A stretch of DNA of 64,000 nt from the NCBI GenBank assembly GCA_046735055.1, contig JBKPSO010000085.1, positions 1,543 through 65,542 on the forward strand. The letters run 5' to 3'. Every line of letters starts with the position of its first letter. Position 1 is the stretch's first letter. The position numbers were made by a program, and so were the translations under genes. Shown in pieces: positions 58,441-64,000 of this stretch. Below the pieces are notes generated by a model. It was not told where the DNA came from. It saw only the letters and a program-made list of their open reading frames with translations, and made no database searches. The stretch comes from Actinomycetota bacterium. GTDB taxonomy: Bacteria; Actinomycetota; Thermoleophilia; Gaiellales; Gaiellaceae.

Positions 58441-59264
58441 CCAAGCGCCGAGCGGAGCGCGCTCAGATTGCTGCGCATGACCGTAAAGTAGTCCGCTCCC
58501 CGCCGCTCGGCGGCCGGGGTCAGGCCCTCGATCGGGTCGAGCACGGCGGTCCGGGCGCCGCTCTCCCGGGCAACCGTCTTCGCGATTCGCGGCGAGACGA
58601 GCGTCTCGAAGAAGACCGTCGTCGCGCCGGTCGAGCGGACGACGTCGACCACGTGCCTGAGGCGCTGCGGCGTCGGCTCGGCCTCCGGGCTCAAGCCCTC
58701 GATCGCGACCTGCGTCAACCCGTAGCGCTCCGCGAGGTACCCGAAGGCTTCGTGGCTCGTGACGATCTCGTGGTGTTCACAGTCGCGAAGGCCGGCACGG
58801 TACTCCCCGTCGAGCGTGCGGAGGCGCGTGAGGAGCGGCCGGGCTGCGTCCGGACGGTCGAGGACGGCGGCGATCCGCTCGATGATCAGCGCGTACCGGG
58901 CCGGGTCGAGCCACACGTGAGGATCGTCGCCGTGGCGCTGCAAGCCGGACGTGTCGAGCAGCCGCACGACGCGGTCTCCGTGTCCGGCAGCCGATTCGAT
59001 CGCGGGCTGGAAACCATGGCCGAGGAGGAGGACGTGCTCGGCCGAGTGCAGCTTCGAGACGTCGCTCGGCTTCAGCTCGAGGTCGTGCGGCTCGACGCCG
59101 GGCGGCGTGAGGTTGACGACCTCGGCGCCGCGTGGGGCGACCTGCTGCGCGGCGAAGGCGACCGGGTAGAAGGCCGCGACGATCTCCTCGTTCTTCGTGC
59201 CGTCGCCGCCGCAACCGGCCGCGGTGGCTGCAACGGCGAGAATGAGAATGATTTTCAGTCGCAT
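58431..59264 (-). CDS. znuA: Metal ABC transporter substrate-binding lipoprotein (TroA/ZnuA family)
   Basis: Lipobox LAVAATAAGCGG and the ZnuA-like HDLELKPSD, DPHVWLDP motifs. Start at ATG 59264. Confidence 0.8.
   Translation of the reverse strand: MRLKIILILAVAATAAGCGGDGTKNEEIVAAFYPVAFAAQQVAPRGAEVVNLTPPGVEPHDLELKPSDVSKLHSAEHVLLLGHGFQPAIESAAGHGDRVVRLLDTSGLQRHGDDPHVWLDPARYALIIERIAAVLDRPDAARPLLTRLRTLDGEYRAGLRDCEHHEIVTSHEAFGYLAERYGLTQVAIEGLSPEAEPTPQRLRHVVDVVRSTGATTVFFETLVSPRIAKTVARESGARTAVLDPIEGLTPAAERRGADYFTVMRSNLSALRSALGCR
59243..59257. promoter_or_regulatory. Zur-box-like palindrome
   Basis: TGAGAAT-G-ATTTTCA (7-1-7, 6 of 7 complementary) matches the TGAAAAT-N-ATTTTCA type of actinobacterial Zur operator. 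Confidence 0.5.
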
Positions 59265-59274
59265 CTCGGGCGCT

Positions 59275-59721
59275 ATGCTAGGCGAAGTGACCACGCGCGC
59301 GCAACCCCAGCCCGCCGACCTGCTCGAACGTCACGGCCTGCGGTCCACCCGGCAGCGGCTCGCGGTGCTCGAGGTTCTGGCCGCCGAGCGGGATGACGCG
59401 ACGGCACAGGAGATCCACGCCGCACTCGCCGGACGGGGCAAGCGGGTCGGTCTCGCGACCGTGTACAGGACCTTGGCTGCGCTGAGCTCGTGCGGGGCGG
59501 TCGATGCGCTCAGCCATCATCCGGACGAGGTCTGCTATCGGCTTTGCAGCGAGGGCCACCATCACCACCTCGTCTGCGAGCGGTGTCACCGGGTGGTCGA
59601 GCTCGCCGACTGCGACCTCGACGCGTGGCTCGCCGAGCGCGCGCGCAGGCACGGTTTCACGGTCAGCAGCCACTCGGTGGAATTGACCGGCACGTGCGCC
59701 GAGTGCAGCGCGGTCGCGTAG
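59275..59721 (+). CDS. zur: Fur-family zinc uptake regulator
   Basis: STRQRLAVLEVL winged helix, HHHHLVCERC...CAEC metal sites. Divergent from znuABC. Confidence 0.8.
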   Translation: MLGEVTTRAQPQPADLLERHGLRSTRQRLAVLEVLAAERDDATAQEIHAALAGRGKRVGLATVYRTLAALSSCGAVDALSHHPDEVCYRLCSEGHHHHLVCERCHRVVELADCDLDAWLAERARRHGFTVSSHSVELTGTCAECSAVA

Positions 59722-59741
59722 GTCGGCCATAATGCCCCGCA

Positions 59742-61316
59742 GTGACGGCGCGTCTCACAGCCGCCCTTGCTGTTGCTTGCCTGCTGCCAGGAAGCGGCGC
59801 GGCGGCCGCTCCTCCGCTGACGAGCGTTCCCCCGACCTCCGCGGAGGGCTATGCAGTCTCCGTCACCGGCCCGGACGGGAGCGGCCTCGCCGGCACGCAA
59901 GGCGGTGGCTCTTTCGCCTACCCGGCCGACGGCTCGATCGTCTCGGCAGGGTCGACGCTCGTCAGCTCCTCCGCGAACCCGGATGACGGAACCGCTTACG
60001 CGCGCACCGAGCTGACGGATGTCTCGCTCTTCGGCGGCGAGATCACGGTGTCGTCGTTGCGGGCGGCGGTCACCGCGTCCGGAACGTCGGCGGACCTCTC
60101 CGACTCCGGGATCACCAACCTGATCGTGCTCGGGCAGTCCGTTTCCGCACCGAGTCCGGATCTGGAGCTCGCGCTCGCCGACTGGGGCAGCCTCAGCGTC
60201 CTGCGCGAGAGCACGAGCCAGAGCTCGGGCTTCATGCCGGCCTGGCAGGGCTCGGTGACGGCGCTCCTCGTCCACCTCGATGCGGATCACCTCGGCTTCG
60301 CGCGCGGATCGACGATCCGCATCGGCTTCGCTGCGGCCTCCGGGCACAGCCCGCAGCCGACCCCGACGACGATGACGACGTCGCCCGGAACGTCGACGAC
60401 GTCGCCCGGAACGTCGACGACGTCGCCCGGAACGTCGACGACGTCGCCCGGAACGTCGACGTCCTCCTCTGCGGGCCACAAAGCGGGTGGCCCGAAGCCG
60501 AGGGCGCGTCCGCGGACCGCGACGACGCCGCTCCCCGGCGCCGAGGTCGGCCTTCCGACCCCCGGAGAGCCTCGCGCCGTCGGGCAGACGAAGCGTCGGA
60601 ACGGCCTGCCCGTGCGCACGACGATTCCAGATGTCACCCCGAAGCTGACGGCGAAGCGGTACGTCTTCCCGGTCTACGGGCCCTCGGCGTACGGGGACAC
60701 ATTCGGCGCGCCGCGCGGCGACGTCTCGGGCGGCTGGCATCACGGGGACGACATCTTCGCGCCGCTCGGTGCCCCGGTGCTCGCGGTCGCCGACGGCACG
60801 GTGTTCTCGGTCGGCTGGAACGACATCGGCGGCTGGCGCCTCTGGCTCCGCGACACCGCCGGCGACGAGTTCTACTACGCGCACCTCTCCGCCTACACGG
60901 CTTTGGCGGTGAACGGACGGAACGTGAAGGCCGGCGACGTGCTCGGCTTCGTCGGTAACACCGGCGACGCGGCGACGACGCCCTTCCACCTCCACTTCGA
61001 GGTTCACCCCGTGTCGCTCCTCTTCCTCGGCTACGACGGCGCCGTCAACCCGACGAAGTACCTCGACGCCTGGAGGCGGCTGGAGGACATCCGGATCCGG
61101 GCCGCGGTGCCGTTTTCGCTCCTCCCTGTTGCAGCGGGCTCGAGTGCGCCGACCCCGGGCGCGATCCTGCTCTCCTCGAGCGACATCTCGACCGCGAACG
61201 GCCTCGACCCGGACTCGCTCCGGCGTGCGATGAACGCGACGCGCCCGATCGAGGAGGTGCCCAAACCGACGGTCGGCGACCTGCCGGTGCCGCTGCCGGT
61301 GCTGGATCGGGCCTAG
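59742..61316 (+). CDS. Secreted M23 (LytM-type) metallopeptidase with a Thr/Ser/Pro repeat linker
   Basis: Signal peptide; WHHGDDIFAP...FVGNTGDA...HLHFEVHP. Confidence 0.8.
   Translation: MTARLTAALAVACLLPGSGAAAAPPLTSVPPTSAEGYAVSVTGPDGSGLAGTQGGGSFAYPADGSIVSAGSTLVSSSANPDDGTAYARTELTDVSLFGGEITVSSLRAAVTASGTSADLSDSGITNLIVLGQSVSAPSPDLELALADWGSLSVLRESTSQSSGFMPAWQGSVTALLVHLDADHLGFARGSTIRIGFAAASGHSPQPTPTTMTTSPGTSTTSPGTSTTSPGTSTTSPGTSTSSSAGHKAGGPKPRARPRTATTPLPGAEVGLPTPGEPRAVGQTKRRNGLPVRTTIPDVTPKLTAKRYVFPVYGPSAYGDTFGAPRGDVSGGWHHGDDIFAPLGAPVLAVADGTVFSVGWNDIGGWRLWLRDTAGDEFYYAHLSAYTALAVNGRNVKAGDVLGFVGNTGDAATTPFHLHFEVHPVSLLFLGYDGAVNPTKYLDAWRRLEDIRIRAAVPFSLLPVAAGSSAPTPGAILLSSSDISTANGLDPDSLRRAMNATRPIEEVPKPTVGDLPVPLPVLDRA
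60375..60458 (+). repeat. Four perfect tandem copies of a 21-bp unit (ACGACGTCGCCCGGAACGTCG)
   Basis: Counted directly. In frame, encoding (TSPGTST)n in the peptidase linker. Confidence 0.9.
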
Positions 61317-61322
61317 GCTCGG

Positions 61323-61757
61323 CTAGGCGCCCGAGCCGGACCCGTCGCCGGACGAGCCGCTGTCGAAGCCGAACTCGTCTCCGCCGAAGAGCCTGTTCTT
61401 CACCCAGCCGCGCAGCGAGGGGCCCGTGACCGGGTTGTAGAACAAACCGACGATGACGCCGAGGAACAGCAGGAAGGTGCGCCCGCCGTGGCTCTGCCGG
61501 CGACCCTGGAGGCGGTTGGCCGCCTGGCGCAGCTCGGCGATCGCGGTCCGGAGGTTGTCCTGGACCTCCTCGTCCTTCGCGACCCGGCTCGCGATCTCGG
61601 TCACCCCGCGCGGGCCGACGAACTCGTCGTAGATGTCCCGGGCGGCTGCGTAGGCCTGCCTCACGTGCTCGCGCAGCTCTTCGTCCCGGATCGCGCGCTC
61701 GACGTACGGTCGCGCGTTGCCGGCCATTCCTGCCACTCTGTCCTTTGTCTTGGGCAT
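61323..61757 (-). CDS. Hypothetical protein with one TM segment and a Gly/Ser/Asp tail
   Basis: ORF from the internal ATG 61757. The upstream part of the track ORF is implausible. Confidence 0.4.
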   Translation of the reverse strand: MPKTKDRVAGMAGNARPYVERAIRDEELREHVRQAYAAARDIYDEFVGPRGVTEIASRVAKDEEVQDNLRTAIAELRQAANRLQGRRQSHGGRTFLLFLGVIVGLFYNPVTGPSLRGWVKNRLFGGDEFGFDSGSSGDGSGSGA

Positions 61758-62334
61758 GCTCCGCTCGTCCTTTCGCTCGATCGCACCGCGAGTGTACCCC
61801 CGGCCAGCACCTCGGAAACGGTCAGCCCTTGCCGTGCTCGTCCCGGTGGTCCTGCTCGCGGGGTGCGGCGGAGGAGGCGGCGGCGGGACGACCGAGGCCG
61901 AGGGACAGCGCGTCGTCGGGCCCGGGTTCACGTTCTCGGCGCCTCCGTCGTGGCACGTCTCGCACCAGGCGCGCGCCGTGACGATCAAGCCCGGCGGAGA
62001 CGAGCCGACGCTCGCGTCCGTCACGGCCTTGACGCTGCGCGGCAAGTACACGCCCGGGCTCTTCGCGAAGGTGTCGAAGGAGCTCGACAGCGTCACGGAC
62101 GCGCTCGCCGGCAAGCTGAACGGCAAGGTGATCGCGCGGCGGAACGTCGTTACCTCCGGTATCCGCTCGCGGCAGTACGACCTGGCGTACGAGAAGGACG
62201 GCGCAGGCCTCGTCGACCGGATCACGTTCGTGTTGCGCGGAATGGCGGAGTACTACGTCCTCTGCCGCTGGCGGGCGGAAGAGGGCGAGCCGGGTGCGTG
62301 CGGCCTGCTGTTGGGGACGTTCGCGACGCGCTGA
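61756..62334 (+). CDS. Putative lipoprotein
   Basis: Lipobox VLLAGCGG. The start is uncertain (ATG 61756 or GTG 61789). Confidence 0.5.
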   Translation: MLRSSFRSIAPRVYPRPAPRKRSALAVLVPVVLLAGCGGGGGGGTTEAEGQRVVGPGFTFSAPPSWHVSHQARAVTIKPGGDEPTLASVTALTLRGKYTPGLFAKVSKELDSVTDALAGKLNGKVIARRNVVTSGIRSRQYDLAYEKDGAGLVDRITFVLRGMAEYYVLCRWRAEEGEPGACGLLLGTFATR

Positions 62335-62352
62335 ACGGCGAGCGCGGCCGCG

Positions 62353-64000
<1,648 letters not shown>

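Noticed and set aside
60375-60458. Possible CRISPR-like array, given regularly repeated 21-mers.
   Set aside because: The repeats are directly adjacent with no spacers. They are in frame inside a peptidase gene and encode a Thr/Ser/Pro linker.

Overview
Very GC-rich bacterial chromosome, with Actinomycetota-like gene content and order, centred on the replication origin. The minus strand carries rpmH-rnpA-yidD-yidC-jag-rsmG-parA-parB. The plus strand carries dnaA-dnaN-recF-DUF721-gyrB-gyrA. DnaA-box clusters lie in both the rpmH/dnaA and dnaA/dnaN spacers.

Upstream of parB sit a tRNA-Ile(GAT) and a decayed integrated element (HK97-type capsid gene, truncated integrase). Downstream of gyrA the window holds:
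- an NfeD/stomatin pair and a secreted amidase
- an ECF sigma gene fused by start/stop overlap to a fabZ-fabH-fabD-fabG-fabF operon
- accD-accA
- a three-domain LigD coupled to a NIF3 gene
- type-II NADH dehydrogenase
- a potassium-homeostasis island: split KdpD, kdpE, kdpF-A-C-B, Usp proteins, a KimA-like transporter
- a DUF1998 helicase, thiD-thiL, trxA, PolX, otsB
- a zur/znuABC locus, an M23 peptidase, and the 3' part of lon

Genes are packed very tightly, with many ATGA/GTGA start-stop overlaps and palindromic stop-stop overlaps.

I found no CRISPR array, no intact mobile element and no self-contained multi-gene system of unknown function. The most unusual signal is a conserved four-repeat operator-like module (TTGAG at 11-21-11 bp spacing) present upstream of both kdp and the kimA/usp pair, together with the atypical kdp locus architecture.

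Many long ORFs in the supplied track are antisense or off-frame artefacts of the GC content and were not called. Start codons are inferred by eye and are the least certain coordinates.
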